Virus genome (UHGV): UHGV-0278542
Length of the DNA: 44,996 nucleotides
Source of the DNA: a virus
Strand: one strand, 5' to 3'
Both the position numbers and the translations under genes were made by a program. Below the pieces are notes generated by a model. The model was not told the DNA's origin, did no database searches, and saw nothing but the letters and a program-made list of their open reading frames with translations. Below are positions 20,332 to 30,664 of this stretch, piece after piece (position 1 is the stretch's first letter; every line of letters starts with the position of its first letter).

Positions 20332-21787
20332 ATTCAGATTCCATCATGTGGTATGGGCTGGCCTTATCCGACTGGCGCATGCTTCTTATTGCATCAAGGT
20401 CGAACACGCCAGCTTCGGCATAGTTCTTATCAGCCTCAGACTGATGTTTCATGATCTCGGCTTTCTCTGCTTCTGTAAGCTCGTACAACGGCAGGAATTC
20501 AAAATCAATGTCAGGGTCAATCTCGCCAAATTCATTCAACTGGATAACATCCAGCACTGTTTTCAGCGGCACCCTGAACAGATTCTCCTGCATGGCGTGT
20601 ATTGAGTCATAGAAGACGCGGATTTCGCCATCAGATGAAGCGTTTAGCCCGTTAGGAGTGATACCAAGGAGCTTAACCAGAGGAATGCTTGATACCGATG
20701 CCATTTGTTCCTGAGCTTGCGCCTGAAGAGCATCAACTCCGGACAGACTTGTCACAAACTGGAAGAATTCTTCTCCATCCTTATCAATAAGGAACATTCC
20801 GCGATTGTCGCGAACCTTATTGAATAGCTCGGCACGCATAAACAGGTTTGGGTCTGCAATTCCAGACAAGGCATTCTGCATGTTCGTCTTCAGCCCATGG
20901 ACCACAAACGAATGAACCAGATCGCTAACGCTGTCACGTGTTCTCAACCAGTTCTGCACGTATGGCTCTGCCATCTGACTCAGCGACAAGCCGCCAAAGT
21001 TGTACGCCGCTTTGAGAATGTCTGGAACCTGGCGAGAAATCATTGTCAACATGCGACTGGCGTGAACCGTGCGCCCCATAACATACCATTCAGATGGATT
21101 GAAGAAGTCAGGGCTTAGAGGGTTATCAGCGTTATACACACCAGGGTATGTCCACATGGCCTCGATAACACGGAAACCATTCAGGCTTCCTTTGGTAATC
21201 TTGCGCGGGCTGATATAGAGCTTCTTATCCAGTTCGTCGGGAACCAGCCAGGCTGAGTTACCGCTTGGCGTCTTCACGTCGATATAAATCTGTCCGCGCC
21301 CGAAGTAACCGTCATGTTCCGCTGCCTCGCGAAACTTCTCTCGCACTCTGAAACGCTTTAATGCTTCGTCAAGCTGGCGAATTTTATCGGCCTTGTCGTC
21401 ACCATCGTCTTTACCTACATGCTTCAGCTCAATCCATTTTCGCGTCATCTCTTCTGCTATCGTGCCAGTAATCTTGCGATACTCCGGCAACTGAGCAAGT
21501 TGAGACAGATATGGGTAGCCAGGAAATCCACCGTAGCCATATGCGGTGATGTTTGCTGAGTTAAGGTAACTGTACGGCGTGGAGTCCATCGCCAGAGCTG
21601 ACTCCCCAATATGTTCAGGAATAACGCCTGGCGGGGGTACGTATCTCTCAATTCTACGCAATGCCTCGCCTTCATTTTTAATTCGCTCCTGTTCGTTAAT
21701 AATCGCAAGAACATTCGCCAGAGACATTGGCTGTTTCGCCTCTTCTTTCTGAGGCTCAGATTTTTTCTTTCTCAAAAAATTAAACAC
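20252..21787 (-). CDS. Portal protein, putative (start GTG at 21787 or ATG at 21727)
   Basis: 511-aa ORF immediately downstream of the large terminase. Confidence 0.6.
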   Translation of the reverse strand: MFNFLRKKKSEPQKEEAKQPMSLANVLAIINEQERIKNEGEALRRIERYVPPPGVIPEHIGESALAMDSTPYSYLNSANITAYGYGGFPGYPYLSQLAQLPEYRKITGTIAEEMTRKWIELKHVGKDDGDDKADKIRQLDEALKRFRVREKFREAAEHDGYFGRGQIYIDVKTPSGNSAWLVPDELDKKLYISPRKITKGSLNGFRVIEAMWTYPGVYNADNPLSPDFFNPSEWYVMGRTVHASRMLTMISRQVPDILKAAYNFGGLSLSQMAEPYVQNWLRTRDSVSDLVHSFVVHGLKTNMQNALSGIADPNLFMRAELFNKVRDNRGMFLIDKDGEEFFQFVTSLSGVDALQAQAQEQMASVSSIPLVKLLGITPNGLNASSDGEIRVFYDSIHAMQENLFRVPLKTVLDVIQLNEFGEIDPDIDFEFLPLYELTEAEKAEIMKHQSEADKNYAEAGVFDLDAIRSMRQSDKASPYHMMESEYDEEEYENESIEEGFEDPENPSSSQS

Positions 21788-23307
21788 TATGCGAGCCTCA
21801 AAAGGTCTTCAGATATACGTAACGGACCATTGCCATTTTTCATCTCATCGATGGCATCCATCATCGGATCAAGCTGGTCGTCGTGCGTATTGAAATCAGG
21901 ATTAATAGCTTCCATCTCAACGAGGAAATCGTTGATGAATGGTGCGCTGCTGGGCAACTTGATGTAACCGGACTCGATATAACCCTGTACGTCCATCAGT
22001 CGCGTGTACTTATCCTTATCGCGCTGAATTGCTTTGATGGGGCATATCGCTTTTTTACGGATGTTCTGTATCAGGCCTGTGCCAGATGACTTGTCCTCTA
22101 TCGCCATGTGGCGAAGCGGCCCATTCTTCAGAGTTTTGCACTTTTCCCAGAATGCAACAGCACGGCGTTGTAATTCATCGGCCTCCCATTTACCGCGAAT
22201 CATATCGATCAGATAGATGTACCCGTCAGTACCAAGCCCCCAGTGCTCGAATACTGAGAAGTCGTTGACCTCTTTTGTTTTCTGTGCGGTGTCTCCATAG
22301 ACGGCACGCCATTGCATGGGAGGGAGTACCGAATATTCACCAAACCATTCAGACTTAATAAGCCCCCCGCCTTTGGCGGTTGGTCGTTGCTGATAAAGGG
22401 CATTCCATACAAGAGAACCGCGCTGTTTGCACTTCTCTACGAACTCTCTCGGCATGCGCTCAGGAAACAGAATTTCACCGGGATTGCGCAGTCGATACAC
22501 ATTACCGTTTAGTTCATGAATCTCTTCCTTTTCAGCCTCCATTGGGAAGCTAACTACGCGCCAGCGTTCCCCACCCTCTTCAGCTAGTTTTAATAACTGT
22601 CCGGCGAGATCGTTTTGATGCCAGCGTGTCAGGATGATGACGATGCCGTTTATCTTCGGGTCAACACGAGTGAAGAATGTCGTGTCATACCAGTCCATCA
22701 CCGCTTCCTGGTAAGTTGGAGACGATGCAGTTTTGTAATCTTTCGCGGGGTCATCAATAACCCCAATGTTCATACCCTGACCGGTGATACCACCGTTAAC
22801 ACCAGCAGAACGATATGAGCCGCCGTGTAGTTCGCCTTTGGCATCAACTGGTTCCCATAGCTCGGTTTTGTTGATGCCTCCCGCCAAACTACGTCCTGAA
22901 GGTATTTTCACGTCAGGGAAAACATCAGCGTACTTGTCAGAGGTGATAATGCGTTTAACGTCACGGCTCATTCGGTCTGACAGGTCAGAAGAATATGAGC
23001 ACGAGATAATGTTCCATGATGGATGCTGTCCTAACACATACGCTGGGAAGCGGCGAGAGCACAACTCACTCTTTCCTGAGCGCGGAGGGGCAAACACCAT
23101 TAGCCTGGGCATGTTTCCGGCTTTAACTTCATCCAGAAAGTGATCTAGCTCAGCACAAAGCAGCTCGTTAAACCAACCTGTTTCGTATTGCGGATTAGTG
23201 TACAAAGTGAAATCGAGAAGGTTTTTTCTTGCTGAGCGGATAGCCAGCTCTTTGTGCAACTCATAAATCTGAGCGTTTCGATTCAAGCTGATTGGAGCGC
23301 CTGCCAT
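21787..23307 (-). CDS. Terminase large subunit
   Basis: ORF track 21787-23313; ATG at 23307 with GGAG RBS; roughly 500 aa, upstream of the portal. Confidence 0.7.
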   Translation of the reverse strand: MAGAPISLNRNAQIYELHKELAIRSARKNLLDFTLYTNPQYETGWFNELLCAELDHFLDEVKAGNMPRLMVFAPPRSGKSELCSRRFPAYVLGQHPSWNIISCSYSSDLSDRMSRDVKRIITSDKYADVFPDVKIPSGRSLAGGINKTELWEPVDAKGELHGGSYRSAGVNGGITGQGMNIGVIDDPAKDYKTASSPTYQEAVMDWYDTTFFTRVDPKINGIVIILTRWHQNDLAGQLLKLAEEGGERWRVVSFPMEAEKEEIHELNGNVYRLRNPGEILFPERMPREFVEKCKQRGSLVWNALYQQRPTAKGGGLIKSEWFGEYSVLPPMQWRAVYGDTAQKTKEVNDFSVFEHWGLGTDGYIYLIDMIRGKWEADELQRRAVAFWEKCKTLKNGPLRHMAIEDKSSGTGLIQNIRKKAICPIKAIQRDKDKYTRLMDVQGYIESGYIKLPSSAPFINDFLVEMEAINPDFNTHDDQLDPMMDAIDEMKNGNGPLRISEDLLRLA

Positions 23308-23848
23308 TACCAAGCTCCTTCAGTTTCTCTTCAAGTAACTCTTCTGACATATCGGCATAACGAACAGGCCCACCATCAGCGCCAGTTATTTCTGTAGATG
23401 TTTGCTCTTTAAATGCCTGAACAGAAACATGCTTACCAAGAAGTTCGAGGTTTTTGACCTTATCAGGCCATTTGATTTTCTTCAGAAGTGCGGCGCTATC
23501 TGCGGATACTATCTCCACGACATCCATTCCTGATAGCGTTGTGCGCCATACCTTAGGCCAGTCTTTAATGGGCTTTAGCTCACCGTTTTGCAGGAGAATG
23601 TCAAGCACATCCATCTGGTCGATTTCAATAAGGCGATTAAGTACATATTCTGCATTAATACCAACAAGATCATTGCGTTGCGCTTTCAGTTCGGCGATTC
23701 TTAACTTGATGTCAGGTTTTGACAGGTTTTCGGATGCGGTACGGTTAGCTGTCTTTGCGCTGTACCCCGCCCGAATAGCCGCTTGCGTGGCGTTTAAATC
23801 GATGAGGTACTCGCGACAGAACATTTCTTGCTTGTCGGTGAGTGCCAT
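23261..23848 (-). CDS. Terminase small subunit, putative
   Basis: 195-aa ORF; N-terminus MALTDKQEMFCREYLIDLNATQAAIRAGYS resembles HTH-type small terminases; overlaps the large-subunit start. Confidence 0.6.
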   Translation of the reverse strand: MALTDKQEMFCREYLIDLNATQAAIRAGYSAKTANRTASENLSKPDIKLRIAELKAQRNDLVGINAEYVLNRLIEIDQMDVLDILLQNGELKPIKDWPKVWRTTLSGMDVVEIVSADSAALLKKIKWPDKVKNLELLGKHVSVQAFKEQTSTEITGADGGPVRYADMSEELLEEKLKELGNGRRSNQLESKRSDL

Positions 23849-23872
23849 AGTTTTCTCTAGAGGGTTTCTTTA

Positions 23873-24109
23873 ATGAACTCAAAGCAAATTTTTTACCGAA
23901 ATACAGGTCATGATAATGAAACTTATATATTCCTGGACAAATTGGACAATGGCTCCTACCAAGTCAGGGTTGGTCATTCGTCGCCTGTGAGCCATTTTGA
24001 ATGGGAGGGTGATGAAACCATTCAGACAGTGGAAGAGTTTCTAGGTTCTAACCCATCATATACTGAACGTGTTCATCAACTAATTTCTGAGTTTGAAGCA
24101 GAATCGTAA
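23873..24109 (+). CDS. Hypothetical protein (78 aa), opposite strand to the flanking operons
   Basis: ATG at 23873 with GAGGG upstream; sits between terminase and lysis modules. Confidence 0.35.
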   Translation: MNSKQIFYRNTGHDNETYIFLDKLDNGSYQVRVGHSSPVSHFEWEGDETIQTVEEFLGSNPSYTERVHQLISEFEAES

Positions 24110-24404
24110 TCACCACCCAAGCGACTCAACTGATATCTAGTTCATCATTACTAGGACTAAAAGTAGATTCCTGACATTGAGGGACCTCTTTATCCGCTTG
24201 TGGGGATATCAGTTAAGTTATCCCGTGTAGGGTATAAGCCATTGTCGAGACCACTCATTGAATGGTCTCTGCAATAACCGATGTCTTTCCATCAGTCCGC
24301 CACCACAAAGAATCTTTTTTGCCATAATGCAGGAGGTTCATCTTTCAGTGGCTGCCAGTGTTATTTCCCCACTTACTGGCTTGGGTTGTTTCGCTGTACT
24401 GCCG

Positions 24405-24947
24405 TTAATTAGTGAGTCCGGGGATTACGGTTTGCCCGTGCTGTTCAAGGCGTTCAATTCTCGCCAGTAGCTGAGGCTTCTTAATTTTTCCCCAGCGATT
24501 AAGCAGGCGCCCTGACATGCTGGCAACATCCTTCTCTTTCATGTACTCCAGCATTACGGCATTTCTCTCTTCTTCAAATTGACGATGACCAACCTGAAGC
24601 ATGGCGTACATCCAGTTAAATGCGTTGATGTAAGCAATTTTGATACGCATTGCTTCTTTTTTGGTGTAGGACATAACCAAAAGCATCAACCCATCCTTGC
24701 GGAGACGGTAGAATTTTTGCGGCTTACCATTCTGTAACTCATTGTTTTTATAGCAAAGCTCAAAGTTGAGCTTTGTATCAAACTCAGGAGGGCAAGCTTC
24801 TATGGTTCGTTCAATGTCACGAACCACGTTCTTCGGCAGCTTTCCAAATGCTTTTGCCACCATAAAAGAATCTGTAACCGGATCGTTGTTTGCTACAAAA
24901 ATTAGGTCTCTGAAATCTATATCGTTAACAACGGTTGGGTAGTTCAT
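24405..24947 (-). CDS. Rha-family phage regulatory protein, putative
   Basis: 180-aa ORF; VTDSFMVAKAFGKLPKNVVRDIE and FYRLRKDGLMLLVMSYTKKEAMRIKIAYINAFNWM resemble Rha N-domains. Confidence 0.5.
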   Translation of the reverse strand: MNYPTVVNDIDFRDLIFVANNDPVTDSFMVAKAFGKLPKNVVRDIERTIEACPPEFDTKLNFELCYKNNELQNGKPQKFYRLRKDGLMLLVMSYTKKEAMRIKIAYINAFNWMYAMLQVGHRQFEEERNAVMLEYMKEKDVASMSGRLLNRWGKIKKPQLLARIERLEQHGQTVIPGLTN

Positions 24948-25093
24948 TGCGTCTTTACCTTTTAGAAAGATGAGCCTGTTCGCACAGAAAAGCCGTCCCC
25001 GAGATGGTCGCCACCATATACGGCAATTCTCAGGCTCAGCTTTCTGAAAGACTCGGGATTGTTACGCGCTGCGATGCGCGGTTTACTGCAGAT

Positions 25094-25120
25094 GCAAAAA
25101 AGCCCCGCAAATGCGAGGCT
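25094..25120 (-). terminator. Intrinsic terminator downstream of the lysis cassette
   Basis: Reverse-strand RNA agccucgcauuugcggggcuuuuuugc: GC hairpin followed by U-run. Confidence 0.45.
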
Positions 25121-25293
25121 AAATCCTGGTATTTGTAATGACTGGCTCTTATCTCAACGCAGCCCCTTACCGCGCGCCAGATGCTCAATATCAAGCATCA
25201 GCAATGAGATGTTTAATCTGGATTCACTCCAGAAGTGATCACCACCCTGTCTACAGAGCCAGATGTGAAGGATGATGAGTAAAATTATCGCTA

Positions 25294-25761
25294 TCATCGA
25301 AGGCATTGCGTCCTGATGTATTCCTGAAGCGTTCTCAGTGCTGTTTGGTCGCGGATAATTCCGTCCCGGATATCGAGAACGTTTCGTCCAGCAACTGGAG
25401 AGAGTTCGACGGTGGCATCATTGCCCATGCCGGAGGCGCTGGAGGTTTTGGCTGAGGATGGCATAGGGCATTTTCCTTTGACGAACACCCGACCACCATT
25501 ATCAAGCTTGCGCCGAAGAGCATCATTTTCAGCTTTCGCATCAGCTAACTCCTTCGTGTATTTAGCATCGAGTGCATCAGCAGAACGCTGGCGCTGCTGC
25601 ATGTCAGTAATGGTGGCGGTCGCCTGCTTCAGCTCACTGACTTTTTTATCTCGCTGTTCTTTGTAGGCGATGGCGTTATCACGGTAATGATTAACAGCCC
25701 ATGACAGGCAGACGATGATGCAGATAATCAGAGCGGAGATAATCGCGGTTACTCTGCTCAT
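25294..25761 (-). CDS. Rz: Spanin inner-membrane subunit Rz
   Basis: N-terminus [31 protein letters not shown] closely matches lambda Rz; follows R. Confidence 0.8.
   Translation of the reverse strand: MSRVTAIISALIICIIVCLSWAVNHYRDNAIAYKEQRDKKVSELKQATATITDMQQRQRSADALDAKYTKELADAKAENDALRRKLDNGGRVFVKGKCPMPSSAKTSSASGMGNDATVELSPVAGRNVLDIRDGIIRDQTALRTLQEYIRTQCLR
25335..25541 (-). CDS. Rz1: Spanin outer-membrane lipoprotein Rz1, embedded in Rz in another frame
   Basis: [21 protein letters not shown] lipobox-like signal, Pro-rich mature part; wholly nested in Rz as in lambda. Confidence 0.65.
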   Translation of the reverse strand: MRKLKMMLFGASLIMVVGCSSKENALCHPQPKPPAPPAWAMMPPSNSLQLLDETFSISGTELSATKQH

Positions 25762-26234
25762 ACCTCAATCTCTCTGACCGTTCCGCCTGCTTCTTTGAAT
25801 TTTGCAATCAGGCTGTCTGCCTTATGCTCGAACTGACCATAACCAGCACCCGGCAGTGAAGCCCAGATATTGCTGCAACGGTCGATTGCCTGACGAATAT
25901 CACCGCGATCAATCATCGGTAAAGCGCCGCGCTCTTTAATCTGTTGCAGTGCCACAGCGTCCTGGCTTTTCGGAGAGAAATCTTTCAGGCCAAGCTGCTT
26001 GCGATAGGCATTCCACCAACGGGAAAGAAGTTGGTAACGGCCTGCAGCTGTTGATTTGAGTTTGGGGTTTAGCGTGACAAGTTTGCGAGGGTGATCTGAG
26101 TAATCAGTGAATAGCTCTCCGCCTACAATGACGTCATAACCATGATTTCTGGTTTTCTGACGTCCGTTATCAGTTCCCTCTGACCACGCCAGCATATCGA
26201 GGAACGCCTTACGTTGATTATTGATTTCCACCAT
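25758..26234 (-). CDS. R: Endolysin R (lambda-type lytic transglycosylase)
   Basis: 158-aa protein [39 protein letters not shown] matches lambda R. Confidence 0.9.
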   Translation of the reverse strand: MVEINNQRKAFLDMLAWSEGTDNGRQKTRNHGYDVIVGGELFTDYSDHPRKLVTLNPKLKSTAAGRYQLLSRWWNAYRKQLGLKDFSPKSQDAVALQQIKERGALPMIDRGDIRQAIDRCSNIWASLPGAGYGQFEHKADSLIAKFKEAGGTVREIEV

Positions 26235-26541
26235 CTTCTACTCCGGCTTTTTTAGCAGCGAAGCGTTTGATAAGCGAACCAATCGAGTCAGTACCGATGT
26301 AGCCGATGAACACGCTCGTTATATAAGCGAGATTGCTACTTAGTCCGGCGAAGTCGAGAAGGTCACGAATGAACCAGGCGATAATGGCGCACATCGTTGC
26401 GTCGATTACTGTTTTTGTAAACGCACCGCCATTATATCTGCCGCGAAGGTACGCCATTGCAAACGCAAGGATTGCCCCGATGCCTTGTTCCTTTGCCGCG
26501 AGAATGGCGGCTAACAGGTCATTTTTTTCTGGCATCTTCAT
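26218..26541 (-). CDS. S: Holin S (class I, dual-start Met1-Lys2-Met3)
   Basis: 107-aa protein [39 protein letters not shown] matches lambda S. Confidence 0.9.
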   Translation of the reverse strand: MKMPEKNDLLAAILAAKEQGIGAILAFAMAYLRGRYNGGAFTKTVIDATMCAIIAWFIRDLLDFAGLSSNLAYITSVFIGYIGTDSIGSLIKRFAAKKAGVEDGGNQ

Positions 26542-26835
26542 GTCTTACCCCCAATAAGGGGATTTGCTCTATTTAATTAGGAATACGGCCTGTTACTGAT
26601 AGAACAAATCCAGGCTACTGTGTTTAGTAATCAGATTTGTTCGTGACCGATATGCACGGGCAAAACGGCAGGAGGTTGTTAGCGCAACCTCATGCCACCC
26701 GCTTTCACGAAGCCAGCCATTGCGCTGGTTTTCTTTTATGCAAAGCACACCGCACCGTAGCCACAGCGGATAAGGTGATTATTTTTGTCTGTCTGGTATT
26801 TGGTTTGATGTGCTTTCAGAAAGGTCGTGATTAAA

Positions 26836-26870
26836 ACGCAAAAAGCCCCGAGCTATTAAATCAGGGCTTT
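26836..26870 (-). terminator. tR'-like intrinsic terminator of the short late-leader transcript
   Basis: Reverse-strand RNA aaagcccugauuuaauagcucggggcuuuuugcguuuu: hairpin plus U-tract shortly after the PR'-like promoter. Confidence 0.55.
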
Positions 26871-26903
26871 ATTTAACGAGTGCATTTATCCATCGTTGAG
26901 TCA

Positions 26904-26932
26904 AATTTACCCAACTTTATTCAAAAAGTCAA
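26904..26932 (-). promoter_or_regulatory. Late promoter PR'-like (-35 TTGACT, 17-bp spacer, -10 TAAATT), the Q-dependent qut region
   Basis: Reverse-strand ttgactttttgaataaagttgggtaaatt immediately downstream of Q; recalled lambda PR' is similar. Confidence 0.55.
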
Positions 26933-26974
26933 TATCATGCCGTTAATATGTTGCCATCCGTGGCAATCATGCTG

Positions 26975-27598
26975 CTAACGTGTGACCGCATTCAAAATGT
27001 TGTCTGCGATTGACTCTTCCTTGTGGCATTGCACCACCAGAGCGTCATACAGCGGCTTAACAGTGCGTGACCAGGTGGGTTGGGTAAGGTTTGGGATTAG
27101 CATCGTTACAGCGCGATATGCGGCGCTTGCTGGCATCCTTGAATAGCCGACGCCTTTGCATCTTCCGCACTCTTTCTCGACAACTCTCCCCCACTGCTCT
27201 GTTTTTGCTATATCTACCGCACGGCCTGTACCGTGGCAATCTCTGCATCTTGCGCCCGGCGTCGCGGCACTACGGCAATAATCCGCATAAGCGAATGTTG
27301 CGAGCACTTGCAGTACCTTTGCCTTAGTATTTCCTTCGAGCTTAGCCACACCACGGTATTTCCCCGATACCTTGTGTGCAAATTGCATCAGATAGTTGAT
27401 AGCCTTTTGTTTGTCATTCTGGCTGAGTTCGTGCTTACCACAGAATGCAGCCATTCCGAATCCGGCTTGTGATTGCGCCATCCCCATAGCAGCCATCACA
27501 TCAGTACCAGAAAGAGAGTCAGAAGCCGTGGCCCGTGGTGAGTCGCTCATCATCGGGCTTTTTGGCGAATGAAATTTAGCTACGCTTTCGAGTCTCAT
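26975..27598 (-). CDS. Q: Late-gene antiterminator Q (lambda-type)
   Basis: 207-aa protein MRLESVAKFHSPKSPMMSDSPRATASDSLSGTDVMAAMGMAQSQAGFGMAAFCGKHELSQNDKQKAINYL matches lambda Q. Confidence 0.9.
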   Translation of the reverse strand: MRLESVAKFHSPKSPMMSDSPRATASDSLSGTDVMAAMGMAQSQAGFGMAAFCGKHELSQNDKQKAINYLMQFAHKVSGKYRGVAKLEGNTKAKVLQVLATFAYADYCRSAATPGARCRDCHGTGRAVDIAKTEQWGRVVEKECGRCKGVGYSRMPASAAYRAVTMLIPNLTQPTWSRTVKPLYDALVVQCHKEESIADNILNAVTR

Positions 27599-27783
27599 GG
27601 CCTTCCCCTTTTGCCCTGTTTGACCATCAGGACGCCGTTAACTATTACGTGACGCTCGCCTTTGTTGTCTCGGTTGTACTTGAGCACTGTTCCTCTTGCG
27701 CAGGAAAGCATCCTTGCCACTTCGGTCTGATTGCCTCGTGTCTGGATAAGAAGCTCTGGTATCGTTTGAATTGTGGCGTTCAT
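27595..27783 (-). CDS. ninH: NinH-like protein
   Basis: 62 aa; IPELLIQTRGNQTEVARMLSCARGTVLKY resembles lambda NinH; ATGA-coupled to Q. Confidence 0.65.
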   Translation of the reverse strand: MNATIQTIPELLIQTRGNQTEVARMLSCARGTVLKYNRDNKGERHVIVNGVLMVKQGKRGRP

Positions 27784-28142
27784 ACGTTCTCCAGTTCGGT
27801 GATTTTTATTCCAAGCCTTCCTCCTGGTACTTTCACACCACGAATTACGCGAATGTCATCGAATTGCTCGTCGTCTTCCGCAAATCCGGCGTGGATAAGG
27901 GAGTCGAGTAAACCTTTCAGGATGTTGTCGAGGTCGCGGCGGCGGGAGTCTGGAACGTCTGCGATGACTTTGATGCGGAGTCGTGATTTGGTGAAAATGT
28001 CTAACTTAAGTTGGCGGATGATTTGCTGAACGTCTTTTCGGTATTTCTGGCCTTTATCGCTGATGTAGTATTGGCTTCCCCTTCTTCGCCAGTAGGTGTT
28101 CAGCGACGGCGGGTATGGAAGCACAAACTGATATTCGTTCAT
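27780..28142 (-). CDS. rusA: Holliday-junction resolvase RusA
   Basis: 120-aa protein MNEYQFVLPYPPSLNTYWRRRG...RRRDLDN is characteristic of RusA. Confidence 0.75.
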   Translation of the reverse strand: MNEYQFVLPYPPSLNTYWRRRGSQYYISDKGQKYRKDVQQIIRQLKLDIFTKSRLRIKVIADVPDSRRRDLDNILKGLLDSLIHAGFAEDDEQFDDIRVIRGVKVPGGRLGIKITELENV

Positions 28143-28429
28143 GGCTTAATCTTCCCCTCCTTCAGCAGTATCGCCTGCGTCCTGATCACGCCTTCGAGGT
28201 GGTAAAGTCTGGCGTCTTTGTTGTCGAGGTTATGGGTGCGCCGGTCGATCTCCGCGTGGCAGTCACTACAAGCCCATGCGCCGATCAGGTCGTCAGGTTT
28301 CATTCCCGTTCCGCAAATTCCAGCCATCCGGTAATGTGCCAGAACTGTAGTTTCAGGATTGCCATTGCATACGCCGTAAATACGTACCTGACATTCTCTG
28401 CCGCGTGCTTCTTTGCGTAGGTTAGCCAT
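28139..28429 (-). CDS. Cys-rich nin-region protein (DUF1364-like), hypothetical
   Basis: 96-aa ORF MANLRKEARGRECQVRIYGVCNGNPETTVLAHYR... with CxxC-type motifs. Confidence 0.5.
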   Translation of the reverse strand: MANLRKEARGRECQVRIYGVCNGNPETTVLAHYRMAGICGTGMKPDDLIGAWACSDCHAEIDRRTHNLDNKDARLYHLEGVIRTQAILLKEGKIKP

Positions 28430-29154
28430 TAAGCAGCCTCACCTGTTACTTTCAGCATTCCGTTATCGAGCAGCTTTCTGGTCAGCCACTGTTGACCACG
28501 CCCGGTGATTTTTGTGGTGAACGATATCTGTATTCCGTGATTTGTGTTGACCGCTGTTTCTTTCACTGTGAAATAGCCGCGATCCATATATTCCTGCATT
28601 GGCACATTGCGCCGGGAACCTGAAGCAATAAGGATTTTGTGATCGCGCATCCACGCAAACAGTTTGTTTGGACCAATTCCAACAACCTTTGCAAAGTTTC
28701 CAATCAAAATTCCGCTGGCCTCGCCAACGCGATCGGCAAAATCAACTTTAGGTGCTGCGAGAGCAAGCTGTTTCTCCAGTTCAGCCTTCTGGTCTTCAAG
28801 GTCAGCCGCGAGGCGCAATGCTTCAGAGAAGGTTTGTGGGATTTTCGCGGTTGCCCCTTCAAGCTCTCGCCAGCGGTCAACAAGGCGAGCGGTGAACTCT
28901 GGCGACAACTGGGCGACGACAATAATGCTGTCTCGCTTTCCTTGTTCGCCTTCGAAGACGTAGAAATCACGCTTCCCGGTAATAACACATAAATCATTGA
29001 TTATGTTAGTGTGCTGCAATGCAGGAGGCTTGATAACGCCACGTTTCACCAATCTATCTATGGATACTTTTACATTGCTATGGCGGCTTTCTACCAACTC
29101 AGCGATTTCAATGCTTGTCATTTTGATGGCATTGCCATTTATTAACTCATTCAT
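28429..29154 (-). CDS. Antirepressor-like protein (Rha-like N-terminus, KilA-C-like C-terminus), putative
   Basis: 241-aa ORF; MTSIEIAELVESRHSNVKVSIDRLV N-terminal motif; inserted in the nin region. Confidence 0.5.
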   Translation of the reverse strand: MNELINGNAIKMTSIEIAELVESRHSNVKVSIDRLVKRGVIKPPALQHTNIINDLCVITGKRDFYVFEGEQGKRDSIIVVAQLSPEFTARLVDRWRELEGATAKIPQTFSEALRLAADLEDQKAELEKQLALAAPKVDFADRVGEASGILIGNFAKVVGIGPNKLFAWMRDHKILIASGSRRNVPMQEYMDRGYFTVKETAVNTNHGIQISFTTKITGRGQQWLTRKLLDNGMLKVTGEAA

Positions 29155-29317
29155 CGTCTTCTTCCTCGTACATTGAGCTATTCGGATCGCTCATCAGTTC
29201 TGCGCAGCAGTGCTCACACACATGAACTTCCAGCACATGCAGCTTCTGACCGCAGTTAGCGCACGTTAAAGCCCGCTCGACGCTTTCTTGTTCGTAACTT
29301 CGATTTGGGTCAATCAC
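29147..29317 (-). CDS. ninF: NinF-like protein (56 aa, GTG start; below the ORF-track size cutoff)
   Basis: Hand translation [56 protein letters not shown]; GAGGA RBS; lambda NinF-like Cys motif. Confidence 0.55.
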   Translation of the reverse strand: MIDPNRSYEQESVERALTCANCGQKLHVLEVHVCEHCCAELMSDPNSSMYEEEDDE

Positions 29318-29496
29318 CTTGTTTTCCTCGCACGTTCTCTAAGCCACCGGATATCCCACAGGTGAGCCGTGTAGTTGAAGGTTTTTACGTCAGATTCTTT
29401 TGGGATTGGCTTGGGTTTATTTCTGGTGCGTTTCGTTGGAAGGTATTTGCAGTTTTCGCAGATGATGTCGGTGAAACTTCGTCGCTGTCGCCTCAT
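29314..29496 (-). CDS. ninE: NinE-like protein
   Basis: [60 protein letters not shown] closely matches lambda NinE; track ORF extends upstream but ATG at 29496 couples (ATGA) to the methyltransferase gene. Confidence 0.7.
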   Translation of the reverse strand: MRRQRRSFTDIICENCKYLPTKRTRNKPKPIPKESDVKTFNYTAHLWDIRWLRERARKTR

Positions 29497-30020
29497 GCCG
29501 CCCTCCTGACGCCCTGCCCGATCGCCATCAATGCCGCTTTGGATACGGTAGTAAACATCCGTCGAGGACTGATGAACGGTCGCCAAATCAGTAGCATGGA
29601 GCCTTTGCTGTTTCCCTTCTTCTCCAGCCCTGTCGATGGTTCGATAAAATTAATCCGTCCATCAGTGATAATGCGAACTTCGTCAACACTCTCCAGAGCC
29701 TTGCTGAACCATCCGACAGACATATCCTCTGGCACAAGCATCACTACCGTCTGTCGTTGTTGTATGCACTGCTCAGCGGCTTTTTCCACCCACGGCCTGA
29801 TATTGCTGTACGGTGGGTTATTCCAGATTGCACCGTGGCTTATCCACTCAGAATTTAGCGCGTCGTCGGCCTCAGTTAACCAGTGAGCGCACAGAGCATT
29901 TTTGTCGCTCGCTGCCGAATCCAGCCAGAATCCAAACTCAATATCCAGTGCATCAAAAAGCCAAAGCGGCGTTTGCCAGCAGTCCTTGTCGTGTGCTGGC
30001 GTATTTGATTTGATAGTCAT
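29493..30020 (-). CDS. Phage DNA N6-adenine methyltransferase, putative
   Basis: NPPY motif (AIWNNPPYS); ATG at 30020 with AGGGAAGG RBS; ATGA overlap with ninB. Confidence 0.7.
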   Translation of the reverse strand: MTIKSNTPAHDKDCWQTPLWLFDALDIEFGFWLDSAASDKNALCAHWLTEADDALNSEWISHGAIWNNPPYSNIRPWVEKAAEQCIQQRQTVVMLVPEDMSVGWFSKALESVDEVRIITDGRINFIEPSTGLEKKGNSKGSMLLIWRPFISPRRMFTTVSKAALMAIGQGVRRAA

Positions 30021-30466
30021 GCAGCCTTCCCTTTTCGTTGTGACCATTCATACTCTCGCCGGGAGTCATCACTCCACCGCACGTTGCGCTCTGAGCCGAA
30101 CCAGAACATGATTTCGATAAGCTCAGTCATGCTGGCCTTTCGCATTTTGCTGGTACGCACGCCAAGCATGACAACGCCACCGTCGATACCAGGAACACTT
30201 CGTTGCTCCAGTTTTTTGGTCTTAAGCCACAGGGCAGTGAACAGGTCTTTCCAGTCTTCCGGTGCCAGCCGTTGACCATGCCATAGCACCTGACGCGAAA
30301 CATCGTTCAGCATCGGCCACATACGGTCATTCTGCGCTTTGCTGCGCTTGGGTTCTTTAACGTGGACTTCGTGGGGTGACTTGTCGTCGATGGGTAGTGA
30401 GAGAATGGCGTCTATGGCGTTATTTCTGATTGCTTCGTTGCGAAGCAGAAAAGTTTGTTTTGTCAT
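30017..30466 (-). CDS. ninB: Recombination protein NinB (Orf)
   Basis: 149-aa protein; ...AQNDRMWPMLNDVSRQVLWHGQRL...VRWSDDSRREYEWSQRKG resembles lambda NinB. Confidence 0.75.
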   Translation of the reverse strand: MTKQTFLLRNEAIRNNAIDAILSLPIDDKSPHEVHVKEPKRSKAQNDRMWPMLNDVSRQVLWHGQRLAPEDWKDLFTALWLKTKKLEQRSVPGIDGGVVMLGVRTSKMRKASMTELIEIMFWFGSERNVRWSDDSRREYEWSQRKGKAA

Positions 30467-30662
30467 GCTTCATCATCTCGTTCCATGCATCCATGCATTC
30501 TTGGTGGCTATTTCGCGTAACCTCTATCTTCGTTTTCTCACCTTCACACCAGTGGCGAAGGTAAACTTTCAGCACGATGTAACGCTGACCCGTCCAGTGC
30601 TTCGTTTCGTCGAATGTAGATATTCCGGAACCGCAAAATATGCACGGCTTTAACTCGCTCAT
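30420..30662 (-). CDS. Small Cys-containing protein, possibly Lar-type restriction alleviation
   Basis: ATG at 30662 with GGAG RBS; KPCIFCGS...HQEC Cys motif; overlaps the ninB start. Confidence 0.4.
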   Translation of the reverse strand: MSELKPCIFCGSGISTFDETKHWTGQRYIVLKVYLRHWCEGEKTKIEVTRNSHQECMDAWNEMMKHDKTNFSASQRSNQK

Positions 30663-30664
30663 AC

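Noticed and set aside
20348-23143. Numerous forward ORFs (60-120 aa) across the portal and terminase genes
   Set aside because: All are antisense to long, well-supported reverse-strand genes and lack start-site signals.
24258-24470. Forward 70-aa ORF next to the Rha-like gene
   Set aside because: Overlaps the Rha-like gene 3' end antisense, has no RBS and low-complexity composition.
26637-26834. Forward 65-aa ORF in the Q-S intergenic region
   Set aside because: The region is the PR'/qut late leader, conserved with lambda on the reverse strand; no RBS; lies antisense to the late transcript.
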